Shown in pieces: positions 35,759 to 45,403 of a stretch of 64,000 nt of DNA (position 1 is its first letter; each line of letters begins with the position of its first letter). The stretch lies in the IMG/VR virus record IMGVR_UViG_3300008108_000006, one strand, 5' to 3'. Made by a program: the position numbers and the translations under genes. The notes beneath the pieces are model-generated. The model searched no databases. It worked only from the letters and a program-made list of their open reading frames with translations, and had not been told where the DNA came from. The DNA is from a virus. Lineage: Duplodnaviria > Heunggongvirae > Uroviricota > Caudoviricetes.

Positions 35759-35988
35759 GTTTTTGTTTTAATGATATTCTCAATCTTTCTTTCAAGATAC
35801 CATTTTGCCTTTGTTAAATCTTCCAATTCCTTCATTGGGTTCTTTTTTCCTGCTCTTGAGATGTATTTCACCGTATTACCTAAGTGAAAATCCAAGTCCC
35901 AAGCCTCAATCACCTTAATGGCTTCATACACATTTGTTTCACCACCGTAATGACCTGGGTGATTAACCATATCTTTTTCTTCTCCCAT
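35749..35988 (-). CDS. DUF3310-family protein (T7 gp1.7-like)
   Basis: VNHPGHY...FHLGNTVKYISRAGKK...EDLTKAKWYLER. Confidence 0.85.
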   Translation of the reverse strand: MGEEKDMVNHPGHYGGETNVYEAIKVIEAWDLDFHLGNTVKYISRAGKKNPMKELEDLTKAKWYLERKIENIIKTKTGV

Positions 35989-36000
35989 ATTATAAACTGT

Positions 36001-36186
36001 TTAATTTTTAACAATAACAAAATAATCTTTTCCGTATTTACTTTCTTCAATGATCCCTTCTTCAATCAAACCGATCAAATATTCTCTCGTTTCCCAATCA
36101 CTCTTCTTCAGGATGTATTTAGCAATAAATCCGATGTGTAATGGTTGAGCCAATTTTTTTAAGAGTTTCCCATCAATGTCATCCAT
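36001..36186 (-). CDS. Small winged-helix-like hypothetical protein
   Basis: ORF track. Confidence 0.55.
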   Translation of the reverse strand: MDDIDGKLLKKLAQPLHIGFIAKYILKKSDWETREYLIGLIEEGIIEESKYGKDYFVIVKN

Positions 36187-36322
36187 ACTTTTTTTTCATA
36201 AAGTTACAAAATTTATTCCACTTCGTCAACAACTTTTTCTCTAATTATTATCGCACCATCATAATCCTTATAATCTTCATACTCCTCGGGTGTAATTATA
36301 ATAAACCTGTGCGCCATATAAA

Positions 36323-37096
36323 TTATGCGTTAAGTTGTAATGTTTTTGTAGTTTGTATGGTATGGTTCATTAACTTCCGTTTGAATAGCGGTAATAAAGA
36401 ATTCTCTATCGGTAAGTTTTGTGATGATATACATTCAAAAATCGGAAACTTTGAATTTGATATTTGATCAATTAACCTTGAATAATTATCAGATTGATCT
36501 CCCTTATAAATTCTTTCAACATCACATTTTGTTTCCTCAGTGTCCTGACGAATTTTTTTAATTGAGTATTTCCAAATGTAGTTTTCCTTGTTGAAGATGT
36601 CTTGGTAAATGAAGAACCCCGCACCAAAATAAATCCGCTCTTCGTTCTTAATCGGATTCGTTGCCACCGATTGATAACCGATCTCCCAAACAGATTTCGC
36701 AACAACAAAATATTCTTTCAATCTATCAAGTGCTGACATAACACTTAATCTAATGTCCTTATATTCTCTGTCTGTGAATTTTTTTCTGCTTTTGACGTTC
36801 TTTATCTCAAACAACATAATCTCATCATCAGGTGTCTTAAATGTCTTATCTAAACCCAATAATAACCCATCTTCAACATATGCTCGACAAACAGCCAAAT
36901 GTAATGCCAATTCTGAAAAATATGGATATATCTCACCACGACTTAAAGCGTCTTCAACCTTTTTGATGAAAGACATAACGATATATTCATTATATTCAAC
37001 ATCAACCGGCTTTCTTAAAAACCAATCTGTCGGCATTAACAATTTTATTTCTTTTTCCATACTCTTCAAAAATAAACATATCATCCATAATGTCAA
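36323..37096 (-). CDS. Conserved hypothetical protein
   Basis: ORF track; start may be 37060. Confidence 0.7.
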   Translation of the reverse strand: MTLWMICLFLKSMEKEIKLLMPTDWFLRKPVDVEYNEYIVMSFIKKVEDALSRGEIYPYFSELALHLAVCRAYVEDGLLLGLDKTFKTPDDEIMLFEIKNVKSRKKFTDREYKDIRLSVMSALDRLKEYFVVAKSVWEIGYQSVATNPIKNEERIYFGAGFFIYQDIFNKENYIWKYSIKKIRQDTEETKCDVERIYKGDQSDNYSRLIDQISNSKFPIFECISSQNLPIENSLLPLFKRKLMNHTIQTTKTLQLNA

Positions 37097-38892
37097 TTAT
37101 GTCTGAAAATACTGTAATCTGTATCTAAATAAGTTTCCTCATCAACATTACCATCATAACTTGATATAACCCCAACACCATCAGTATCAACAACACCTTT
37201 AGCCAATTCATCTATATCAATAAAATCATTGAGGTTGTATCCAAACTCACGAATAAATGATAATGGATCATTAACATAATCACTAACCAAATCATCAATT
37301 TTTTCGTTAATTAGATCATCGGGAATGTCACCATCGGGATCTTCTTTAATCTCATCAATCTCATACTCAAGATCTGAAATTTCACTTTCTAAATCACTTA
37401 TCTCACTTTCAATCTCATCAATCCTGTCTTGATTCCAATTCTCATCATCCATATTTTCTAACTCACTCAACTCTTCTTGTAGATTAGTAATCTCATCTTT
37501 CTTATCTGAAATCTCATTAGTCTTGTTTTCAATCGCTATTTCTTGATTTCTAGATAATTCTCTCACATCAGCATCAAAATAACTGTCAAGATCATCATAA
37601 ACAATCTGTTCATACATCTCTCTTGCATATTCTTCTACTTTGTCAGTATCAATATAATCCTCTAAAAAAGACTCTCTAAAACCTTCTAGACCAACATCAT
37701 CTATTAAATCTTTCTGACTTTTAATAGCCGCCTCTTCAACCTCACTTGTTAATCCTACCACCCACTCTTCGCCAGTTTCAAAAAGTTCAAAGATTTTTAA
37801 TCCGTAAAATCCGTAATCCATCGGAATTAAGCTATAAACATCAAATCTATCCAAATAATCCGACATCGCTTCATCAATTTCATCAATTCTTTCCTCAATC
37901 TCCGTTTCCCTTTCTTCACTAACTCCCGCAGATAGTTCATCAGACAACTCTTCCCTCTCCTCTTTCATCTTATAATACCCAACAATCTCATCTTCACTAT
38001 GTCCATTCAATTCACCAGTGCTTGTTAAATGATTATATAACGCCCAAGCATATTCTGCAGTACCATCCTCTTCACCATACGGCCATTCATTTGATTCTCT
38101 ACGTTCATTAGCCATTTCCAACTTTCTTCTATTAATGTTTGCAAGTCTCTCTCGATCAAGTCTAGCCAATTCTTCTTCTCTTCTTTTTTTATCTGCAAAA
38201 ATTTCAAGTTGTTCAGAATATCTTGATTTAACATACTCATCAATCTTATCTAAAATACCACTCAAATAATCAGTATCTATTAACCAACCTGTCTTGAATT
38301 CATCATCAGGTGCGTCAAAAAATTGACGCTTACCATCAAAACTATAAACATAAGCTACCTTATAGAACTTATCAGATGTCGGTCTCTTTTTATCTAAAAA
38401 ATAAAATAATTTACCCTCACTATTATATTTATCAAAATAATTGGATGAGTCCTTGGAAGCGGTACACCATTTGGTCCCTTTACCATAATAACAAGATGCT
38501 TTATGTGTGTATGGTGTGACCACAGTTAATGTATCGTCATCATAAACCACATCAGACCCTTCAACCGATTCAACAGATCTTCTAACTCTATTTTGATATT
38601 CATCCAAAGCATTTAATAAGTCTTCAACGCTAGTATATTTTTCAATTTCCTTTCTTTCCAAGTTATTAGATACTTCATAAAACCTATTCAACATCACATC
38701 TAACTTCTCTAATACACCATCAAAATTTGTAGGATCCAAAACATTGCCTAACCACATTAGGTATTTATTATTTCCCGGAAGACCATCCGATAATTTAATA
38801 ATTTGTTGTAGTTGGTTAGATGAGAACTTCTTTGAAAACTTATTTGAAAAGTCCTCAACTCGTCCTTCTTGTAATAATTTTATAAATTTCAT
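37093..38892 (-). CDS. Large acidic coiled-coil protein with GTKWCTA (PcfJ-related) domain and leader
   Basis: PYTHKASCYYGKGTKWCTAS; long E/D-rich coiled coil; TATTTAT upstream. Confidence 0.7.
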   Translation of the reverse strand: MKFIKLLQEGRVEDFSNKFSKKFSSNQLQQIIKLSDGLPGNNKYLMWLGNVLDPTNFDGVLEKLDVMLNRFYEVSNNLERKEIEKYTSVEDLLNALDEYQNRVRRSVESVEGSDVVYDDDTLTVVTPYTHKASCYYGKGTKWCTASKDSSNYFDKYNSEGKLFYFLDKKRPTSDKFYKVAYVYSFDGKRQFFDAPDDEFKTGWLIDTDYLSGILDKIDEYVKSRYSEQLEIFADKKRREEELARLDRERLANINRRKLEMANERRESNEWPYGEEDGTAEYAWALYNHLTSTGELNGHSEDEIVGYYKMKEEREELSDELSAGVSEERETEIEERIDEIDEAMSDYLDRFDVYSLIPMDYGFYGLKIFELFETGEEWVVGLTSEVEEAAIKSQKDLIDDVGLEGFRESFLEDYIDTDKVEEYAREMYEQIVYDDLDSYFDADVRELSRNQEIAIENKTNEISDKKDEITNLQEELSELENMDDENWNQDRIDEIESEISDLESEISDLEYEIDEIKEDPDGDIPDDLINEKIDDLVSDYVNDPLSFIREFGYNLNDFIDIDELAKGVVDTDGVGVISSYDGNVDEETYLDTDYSIFRHN

Positions 38893-38946
38893 AAACAATA
38901 TTTTACAATAAATATTTAATAATTATTTTAACTCAATTATCTTTCA

Positions 38947-38979
38947 CAAAGATAGTTAAAAACTATTTATTGTAACAAA
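38947..38979 (-). promoter_or_regulatory. Bacteroidota-type promoter TTTG-N21-TATCTTTG
   Basis: Consensus match upstream of 38892. Confidence 0.55.
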
Positions 38980-39003
38980 TAAACTCAATTAAATTTTAGA
39001 GAT

Positions 39004-39150
39004 ATGGCAGGATGCGGATGTAAAGGTAATCAACCACCTCAACCACAAAACCCACAACCGGTTCAAACACCGGTTCAACCGCAACAGAGTAATAATACGG
39101 TTCAAAATGCTATCAAAAGAACCATTCAAAAATACTACTCAAAAGGTTAA
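39004..39150 (+). CDS. 48-aa MAGCGCK peptide, Pro/Gln-rich
   Basis: Hand translation; followed by terminator. Confidence 0.6.
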   Translation: MAGCGCKGNQPPQPQNPQPVQTPVQPQQSNNTVQNAIKRTIQKYYSKG

Positions 39151-39170
39151 TTTTTATGTTCTAATTTAGA

Positions 39171-39195
39171 AAGGGAGGTAATTCTCCCTTTTTTT
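39171..39195 (+). terminator. Intrinsic terminator
   Basis: AAGGGAG-GTAATT-CTCCCTT followed by U tract. Confidence 0.75.
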
Positions 39196-39217
39196 ATTTA
39201 TTAAGTATTTATAATAT

Positions 39218-40222
39218 ATGGATATACTCAATTTTGCAATTGAAAGTTTTAACGACGGTAATACTGAGGAAGTTGAAAATTTTTTTGGTTCTATTGAAAC
39301 TTTTATGAAATTTATTACTAAAAAAAATAGACTACACGAGCTAAGACCCAACCCTAATGATTTATATGCATCCGACTATAATCAGTTAATGAAATTAATT
39401 TTTGATAGTTCAACAACTGAACAAGAAAAACCATTGGTTGATCATATTATAGATCAATATATAAGTGATGTTGAAAAAATAGACGACAATACTTACAGAT
39501 TTAGGTTTGATAGAGAAGATCTTTCAAAGTTGTTTCGGGATTATAGCCGTGGCACATCACCACGAGATGTTGCACAATCAGTATTAAATGAGGATTATTG
39601 GGAACCATTTTATGATGTTATAGATAGAAATAATATGTATGATCTAATAGAAGATCTAAATGATGATAATATGAATTATGTCATTGGTTACATAGTTAGT
39701 AATTATAAAACATTAGATTTATCAGACATTGAGACAGAATTATCTGAAGAATTAAAAGAAAGATTAGACTCCTCAACAATAACTTTAACACCTGAAATTA
39801 CAAAAGAAATTTTAGAAGATGAGGAATTAACTAAGGAACTGTTTAATACCGAATGGCAAGATTTATATTGGGAATTGAGTGGTGCCTATAATCAAGCATA
39901 TAATGATGCATATACTAATGAGATATACAATGAAGTTATGTCGGAATTAGATAGTTTATTCGGAAAAAGGATTGAGTGGAAGAACGATAATAAGAGATTT
40001 GATAGTTATGTTGATTTATCTTACAGCACAATATATCAATTTTTATATGATTATTTAGAAGGTGGTGATGATGAAACTTATTACTACCAAGGTAATTTAG
40101 AAAGTATCTTAAAAGAATTACACAATAATAGTTACGATTGGTTAGATATTATAATACCTGATTATCCAGATTATACAGATATCAAAAATAATTATCAAGA
40201 AACAATTCAAGGAAGGATTTAA
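39218..40222 (+). CDS. Acidic hypothetical protein
   Basis: ORF track; TATTTAT at 39206-39212; weak similarity to C-terminal half of 16724..18313. Confidence 0.7.
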   Translation: MDILNFAIESFNDGNTEEVENFFGSIETFMKFITKKNRLHELRPNPNDLYASDYNQLMKLIFDSSTTEQEKPLVDHIIDQYISDVEKIDDNTYRFRFDREDLSKLFRDYSRGTSPRDVAQSVLNEDYWEPFYDVIDRNNMYDLIEDLNDDNMNYVIGYIVSNYKTLDLSDIETELSEELKERLDSSTITLTPEITKEILEDEELTKELFNTEWQDLYWELSGAYNQAYNDAYTNEIYNEVMSELDSLFGKRIEWKNDNKRFDSYVDLSYSTIYQFLYDYLEGGDDETYYYQGNLESILKELHNNSYDWLDIIIPDYPDYTDIKNNYQETIQGRI

Positions 40223-40266
40223 TATGTGATTTTTTTCTCATATTGTTACATAAAAAATAATAAAAT

Positions 40267-41058
40267 ATGAGATTATATAATCCAAAATCAAAATCAGGAG
40301 CACATAATGTTCTCTTAGATTTTATCATGCTGAAGGTATCCGAAAATAATAAATTCACAACTCTTTTAGAATTAATAAATGTAGGAAACTTCTTGGTGGT
40401 AAAAGGTGAAACAAATAACCCAACAAAAGTTTTACTATCTAAAACCTATGATGAGTTCTTAGATTGGTTTCCCGAATACTCAAACATCTTCCCAACAAAC
40501 TTTATTGATTGTATCAACTATGACGCGGATAAGATAGATATCATTTCCCCCTATCTTTGGAATCGTTTCTATAAGACCGAGAGACCTCTATTTTCGGACT
40601 TTCAGGTTGACATATGGAATGAGTATGACGGACAATCTAAATTCAACTACGTTGACGAAAATTATGTTCATTTGGAATTTGGTTCGATCAAACCTTCTAA
40701 ATTCACACCACTAACAGTACAATCAATAAGTCCTTTTGGTTTATCCTTAGATTTACGAGCACCATATTATTATTCAGAGATGGTCGCCAACAATATGATG
40801 GAATTTGCAATGGTTAAAGATATGGAAGTATGTTTAGTTTTATCTGTATTAGACGATTTACCTGAGATAATGATAAAAACCAATTCACCATATTCAAATG
40901 ATAAACTTTCATCTTGCGCTATGGATATATTTGATATATCATTACCAGAATTTATTGAGTTAATTAAAGACCATAATATTATGGACGATTCTCTATTTCC
41001 CCTTCATGAGAAAACATGGAACAAAATAAACAAAAAAAAGGAGTTAGTAATTTTCTAA
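40267..41058 (+). CDS. Degenerate S-adenosylmethionine synthetase (MetK)-fold protein lacking catalytic motifs
   Basis: LLDFIM...ELINVGNFLVVKGET, RAPYYYSEMVANNM and LSSCAMDIFD align by eye with MetK N- and C-domains; GHPDK and GGGAFSGKD absent. Confidence 0.5.
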   Translation: MRLYNPKSKSGAHNVLLDFIMLKVSENNKFTTLLELINVGNFLVVKGETNNPTKVLLSKTYDEFLDWFPEYSNIFPTNFIDCINYDADKIDIISPYLWNRFYKTERPLFSDFQVDIWNEYDGQSKFNYVDENYVHLEFGSIKPSKFTPLTVQSISPFGLSLDLRAPYYYSEMVANNMMEFAMVKDMEVCLVLSVLDDLPEIMIKTNSPYSNDKLSSCAMDIFDISLPEFIELIKDHNIMDDSLFPLHEKTWNKINKKKELVIF

Positions 41059-41070
41059 CTCCTTTTTCTT

Positions 41071-41343
41071 TTACAGATTAAAATGTTTTTTGATGATATC
41101 AATTCCTTCATCTATTTCGTTATAATCTCGTTCAGGTGCAAATACCTTAGCATCGTCTTCACCCATTATGATCATAAATGCCGGAACATAATCATTACCA
41201 ACTAATTTTTTGAAAATTTCATATTCCATTTCATTTTCCTCAATATCAGCATCTACGAATTCAATACCAAGTTCCTTTATCTTATCTTTCATTTCCACAC
41301 AGAACGGACAACCCTCCATAGTGAATACCACCAAATTATCCAT
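41071..41343 (-). CDS. Glutaredoxin-like protein
   Basis: FTMEGCPFC...VPAF. Confidence 0.85.
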   Translation of the reverse strand: MDNLVVFTMEGCPFCVEMKDKIKELGIEFVDADIEENEMEYEIFKKLVGNDYVPAFMIIMGEDDAKVFAPERDYNEIDEGIDIIKKHFNL

Positions 41344-41648
41344 TACATAACCATTTTACCAACGTTTAATAGTTCTTCCCTCTGTAATACCCCACTTTTT
41401 GAGAATACCTCACTACCTGACTTATAAGCCTTAATTGTCGGTACCCCACGAATACCTAATGTTTTTACAAACTCAATATCATTGTCAATGTTGAATGTAT
41501 AATAGTTTGTATTTGTGTCCTCTTTTGATACAGATTCATAAATAGGTTTCAATACCTTACAAGGTCCACACCAAGATGCAAAATAATCAATAACCATTGA
41601 TTCACCTTCTTGGATTTTTTGTTTTAACTGATCAGCTGTTAATTCCAT
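41343..41648 (-). CDS. trxA: Thioredoxin
   Basis: FASWCGPCK...GIRGVPT. Confidence 0.9.
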   Translation of the reverse strand: MELTADQLKQKIQEGESMVIDYFASWCGPCKVLKPIYESVSKEDTNTNYYTFNIDNDIEFVKTLGIRGVPTIKAYKSGSEVFSKSGVLQREELLNVGKMVM

Positions 41649-41967
41649 TTTTACTTTTCTTTTTTAATTGATTATGAAAGAATATCATTTCCTCTTTCTG
41701 TTCTGATTTATATAGAATGTAAGTTGAGAAGTCGTAATAGTAAATATAAAGATTGTTCTTCAACAAATAACAAACTTCGTTTATAGTTTCCAACCCATTT
41801 ATATCCTCAAATGAGTTTTTGAAAATTATCGTTGAGGTCTTTTCGAGTTCTTCTGTAGTTACCAAACCACTTCTAATGTTAAAGGTTGAAAAAAGAACGT
41901 TGTGTTCCTTTTCCAACCAATTAACTAATTTACTATACGAACAATGTTTATCGTATAATTTTTTCAT
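41632..41967 (-). CDS. Hypothetical protein
   Basis: ORF track. Confidence 0.6.
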   Translation of the reverse strand: MKKLYDKHCSYSKLVNWLEKEHNVLFSTFNIRSGLVTTEELEKTSTIIFKNSFEDINGLETINEVCYLLKNNLYIYYYDFSTYILYKSEQKEEMIFFHNQLKKKSKNGINS

Positions 41968-42107
41968 CGTCCCTGCCCTCTATACTTTTTACGATAGTTT
42001 TTAGAACGTTTGTTCTTTGAAGTCTTGGTCTTAGCGTGAACACCAGGACGAGAGGTTTTACCATGCCCAACAAAGGTAAAGGCGGATTGAGTTTTTGCTT
42101 TTGCCAT
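41964..42107 (-). CDS. 47-aa highly basic peptide ending KKYRGQGR
   Basis: Hand translation MAKAKTQSAFTFVGHGKTSRPGVHAKTKTSKNKRSKNYRKKYRGQGR; promoter upstream, ATGA-coupled downstream. Confidence 0.7.
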   Translation of the reverse strand: MAKAKTQSAFTFVGHGKTSRPGVHAKTKTSKNKRSKNYRKKYRGQGR

Positions 42108-42137
42108 TTTTTTATTTGATTTAATAGTTTAACACCT

Positions 42138-42167
42138 CAAAGATAAAACAAAATTTTTAATTACAAA
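42138..42167 (-). promoter_or_regulatory. Bacteroidota-type promoter TTTG-N18-TATCTTTG
   Basis: Perfect elements, spacer one nt short. Confidence 0.6.
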
Positions 42168-42176
42168 ACATTTTTT

Positions 42177-42428
42177 TTAATTGAGACATGCTAACCCGAA
42201 TTTTGTTCTAATAAAAGGTCCAATCATTGATGTAACGACATCTAACATCTGTTCTCTTGTCATTTCATAATCTTTCCCGTTATCAGAATTGTTATACACC
42301 TTGTCCCTTATCTTAGTAAAAAAAAGGGACTTGTCTAAGTCCCCTATAAGTGTTTTTAATTGTTCGGGATTATTATTGAAAAAATTAAACATATTTTTCA
42401 AGTAAATTTCAATATCTACGTTTTTCAT
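42177..42428 (-). CDS. Hypothetical protein
   Basis: ORF track. Confidence 0.65.
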   Translation of the reverse strand: MKNVDIEIYLKNMFNFFNNNPEQLKTLIGDLDKSLFFTKIRDKVYNNSDNGKDYEMTREQMLDVVTSMIGPFIRTKFGLACLN

Positions 42429-42432
42429 ACTG

Positions 42433-44301
42433 TTAATCCATAGCCCACAAAATATCTCCTTCTTCTAATCTAGCCGCGAGTTTAGGCTCTATTGTCATGT
42501 TAGGATTACAGTTTCTAAAGACTAACGCCATTATTGGTAAATCAGCTAAAAAGTCAGGTGCCACAGTAATATTAGGACAATTAACAAATGTTAGAATTTG
42601 TAAGTTTTTTAACTTAGTAACTATTTCCGGAACCTCATTCACACAGTTATTTAAAGACAATGCCTTTAAATCATCTAATTTAGCAAAACTTTCAGGAAAT
42701 ACAAGATTAATTGGTGTATTACTAGTATTAGTAAAATTAAATCTTGTTGTTGATTCAGGTATTAATTTTAAAACATCATCAAAACCATAAAGATCAATAA
42801 ACTTAGCCATATTATTTTTAGGGTATTCCAATGAAAACCCACCAGTTATTTTATTACTGTTTTCATCAAGTTGGGAATAGAACTCGTTTTTTCTCTCTTC
42901 TTTTAATCCTTTTAACGCTTGAGTATTCAATAACTGAATATCTGCATCAGATAACTCTTTTAATGATTTAGTCTTAAGAGTATCCTTCTTTTTACTAATA
43001 TAGTAAGATAATACCGATCCACCTGTTCTTGATATCATACCCGCGGTTAAATCTTGACCCAAAGCAATATACTTCTTCTGTAATTCATCAGGTAAATTAC
43101 CAAATTGTTCATCACTTAATGTTGGTGAATTCACTTCCATCCAAATTTCAGCATCCTCATAACTACCCAACTCTTGAACTATGTCATCACCAGACACACT
43201 CTTACGTCTATATTTTCTTAAAATTTCTTGTTCCTCAGCCGTTAAAGGTTTTGGTCGGAATAAACCTTCAAGTCCATCTAATTTTGGAATTTTACTAACG
43301 ATTTGAGACCAAGGTATGTTTTGGTGACCTGAATAAACACCATCATTTGTTCCATCAGCAAGTGCCATGTTTCCTCGAGGATCAACTAAAATAACAACTG
43401 CGTAGTTCGCATCAGAAAATGGTTTATCACCATCAATTACATAATAAATCGTTCTTTCGTAATCTAAACGATAATTGTAATATAAGTTAGAACCACCTTC
43501 TCTTGAGATACACCAAGATCTACCATTCTTCAATTTAATACAATCCGGTTTTCCTTTTGGAGCATAAATCTCTAAATTAGGGATGTCTGGTTGACCTTCA
43601 GCCGGAAATACCATATCAACATCAAATTTAGACTTTTGTCCTGTATTTACGGGTGCCTTTTTAGCCTCAATAGCATCCACTATACGTTCAATTTCTTGGA
43701 ACGTTAGATTTTTGATTGGTTTTGTATCTGCCGGAATCTCAGCGTTATTATCGGCATAACTTGACGCATAAAATTCGATAATATCATCTGAGATATCAGG
43801 GAATTTCTTTTTCATCGCAGCAATTAATAATCTCAAATAATTAGCATTCAAAAATTCAACTATTTTCAAAAACGTGATCTTACTCAAATTCATTTTTTCT
43901 TTTGGAACTTCACCACTAATATCCATTAATTGTCTAATCGCTCTTTTAAGTGCAGCATTCTCAACCGGTGGATCCCCCGCCTTTGCGGAATTATCTTTAA
44001 TTTGAGTGAATAAATCTTTAGAAGTTTTTTTAGATTCCTTACTTGATAAAATATCCGATAACTCAGCATAAGTTAGTTTGAATAAATCTCTTTTATCAAC
44101 AGGTAATTGATTTTTATATTTTTCAAACTCCTCAATTTTAGCAATAATATCATCATCCTTAAGAGAACTATTTTCACCCTTATACTTATCTATTAATTGT
44201 TGGAGGACTTTTTGACTAACCTCCATAACTAATTTCTTATTTTTTCTTTTTGCGTCTTCAACGATAACCGATGATAAAAGATTAACTAATTTCATAGACA
44301 T
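42433..44301 (-). CDS. Leader-bearing protein with WCIS (PcfJ-related) domain and C-terminal leucine-rich repeats
   Basis: GRSWCISR...NLYYNYR; LPESF-like FPESFAKLDDLKALSLNN...VPEIVTKLKNLQILTFVNC. Confidence 0.65.
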   Translation of the reverse strand: MSMKLVNLLSSVIVEDAKRKNKKLVMEVSQKVLQQLIDKYKGENSSLKDDDIIAKIEEFEKYKNQLPVDKRDLFKLTYAELSDILSSKESKKTSKDLFTQIKDNSAKAGDPPVENAALKRAIRQLMDISGEVPKEKMNLSKITFLKIVEFLNANYLRLLIAAMKKKFPDISDDIIEFYASSYADNNAEIPADTKPIKNLTFQEIERIVDAIEAKKAPVNTGQKSKFDVDMVFPAEGQPDIPNLEIYAPKGKPDCIKLKNGRSWCISREGGSNLYYNYRLDYERTIYYVIDGDKPFSDANYAVVILVDPRGNMALADGTNDGVYSGHQNIPWSQIVSKIPKLDGLEGLFRPKPLTAEEQEILRKYRRKSVSGDDIVQELGSYEDAEIWMEVNSPTLSDEQFGNLPDELQKKYIALGQDLTAGMISRTGGSVLSYYISKKKDTLKTKSLKELSDADIQLLNTQALKGLKEERKNEFYSQLDENSNKITGGFSLEYPKNNMAKFIDLYGFDDVLKLIPESTTRFNFTNTSNTPINLVFPESFAKLDDLKALSLNNCVNEVPEIVTKLKNLQILTFVNCPNITVAPDFLADLPIMALVFRNCNPNMTIEPKLAARLEEGDILWAMD

Positions 44302-44336
44302 TAATTTTATACTATAAATATACTGAAAATTTGATT

Positions 44337-45176
44337 TTAATAGTTCATGATCAATAATTCTTCACCCTTGTTCTGTTCTTTACCCTTTTTAGCCGCCGCA
44401 GCCTTAACAAACTCTTTTCTCTCCCACTTATATTGGTCTTCAGGAAACCACTCTCTCAGTAAGTCAAAGTCATAATAAGATAAAGAAAACTTACCTTGGA
44501 TGTTCTTCAAAACGTTTGCCAATCTTTCGTGATCATTACGATCAAAATCGTGATTTGAATAATAGTTCTCAGTTTTCCAATATGGTGGATCAACATAAAA
44601 ATAAGTTTTTTCACTATCATATTTTTCAATAACAGATTGAAAATCCATATTCTCAAAATGACTAATCTTTAGGAAGTGTTCAACCCAATCAGGTTTACTC
44701 AACTTATCACGAAACGTCAAATACTTTGATTTGTATTTACCTTTCAAATCAATAAAAGAACTGGTCTCAGGTTTACTTCCGCTAAACACCTGTGTAAGAA
44801 TATAAGCATACTTCGCCGCAACACTATAATCAGGCGATGTTACTTGAAAATCTTTTGAGAACAACTCACTTTGAAACTCATAAAATGCTAATTTATATCT
44901 AGGATCCGTGTTTTCCACACCGAACTCCTGACACGGAATGGAATTGATCTCCTCTAACAATCTCTCGGGATTTGATAAACAAGTGAACAAATTATAATTC
45001 AAAGGATTAAAGTCATTGTAAACGACCCTATTCAAATTAGGGAACTCTTTAAGGTCCATATTAAAGAAACACCAAAACATCCCACCGAATGTTTCAACAT
45101 ATGTTTCAATATCTTTAGGGTAGAACGGAACAATCCATTTACCAATCTTACTCTTACCTCCAATATAACTTAACAT
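44337..45176 (-). CDS. DNA adenine methyltransferase (Dam/D12 class)
   Basis: YIGGKSK, YVETFGG, YNDFN, FYVDPPY. Confidence 0.9.
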   Translation of the reverse strand: MLSYIGGKSKIGKWIVPFYPKDIETYVETFGGMFWCFFNMDLKEFPNLNRVVYNDFNPLNYNLFTCLSNPERLLEEINSIPCQEFGVENTDPRYKLAFYEFQSELFSKDFQVTSPDYSVAAKYAYILTQVFSGSKPETSSFIDLKGKYKSKYLTFRDKLSKPDWVEHFLKISHFENMDFQSVIEKYDSEKTYFYVDPPYWKTENYYSNHDFDRNDHERLANVLKNIQGKFSLSYYDFDLLREWFPEDQYKWERKEFVKAAAAKKGKEQNKGEELLIMNY

Positions 45177-45372
45177 AAATTACTTTTTATTCAAATATAA
45201 GAATAAAAAACGACAAAAGCAACTTAATAAACAACTTTTTTTCCTTCCTTACGTGAATAAACTTTCTTGGACTTAACCACCTGTTGGCTAGTCTTACGAC
45301 GAATGATTTGTTTAATATGTCTCAATGACAAATCCGGTAATTTATTTTCCATTGCTTTTTCCCTTTAATACG

Positions 45373-45403
45373 CAAAGATAAGGATATTCTCAGAATTTAC
45401 AAA
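45373..45403 (-). promoter_or_regulatory. Bacteroidota-type promoter TTTG-N19-TATCTTTG
   Basis: Exact consensus. Confidence 0.75.

Noticed and set aside
42322-42343. Hairpin gggacttgtctaagtccc as terminator
   Set aside because: It lies inside ORF 42177..42428; there is an adjacent A/U tract, but the position is not at a gene end, so it is not called
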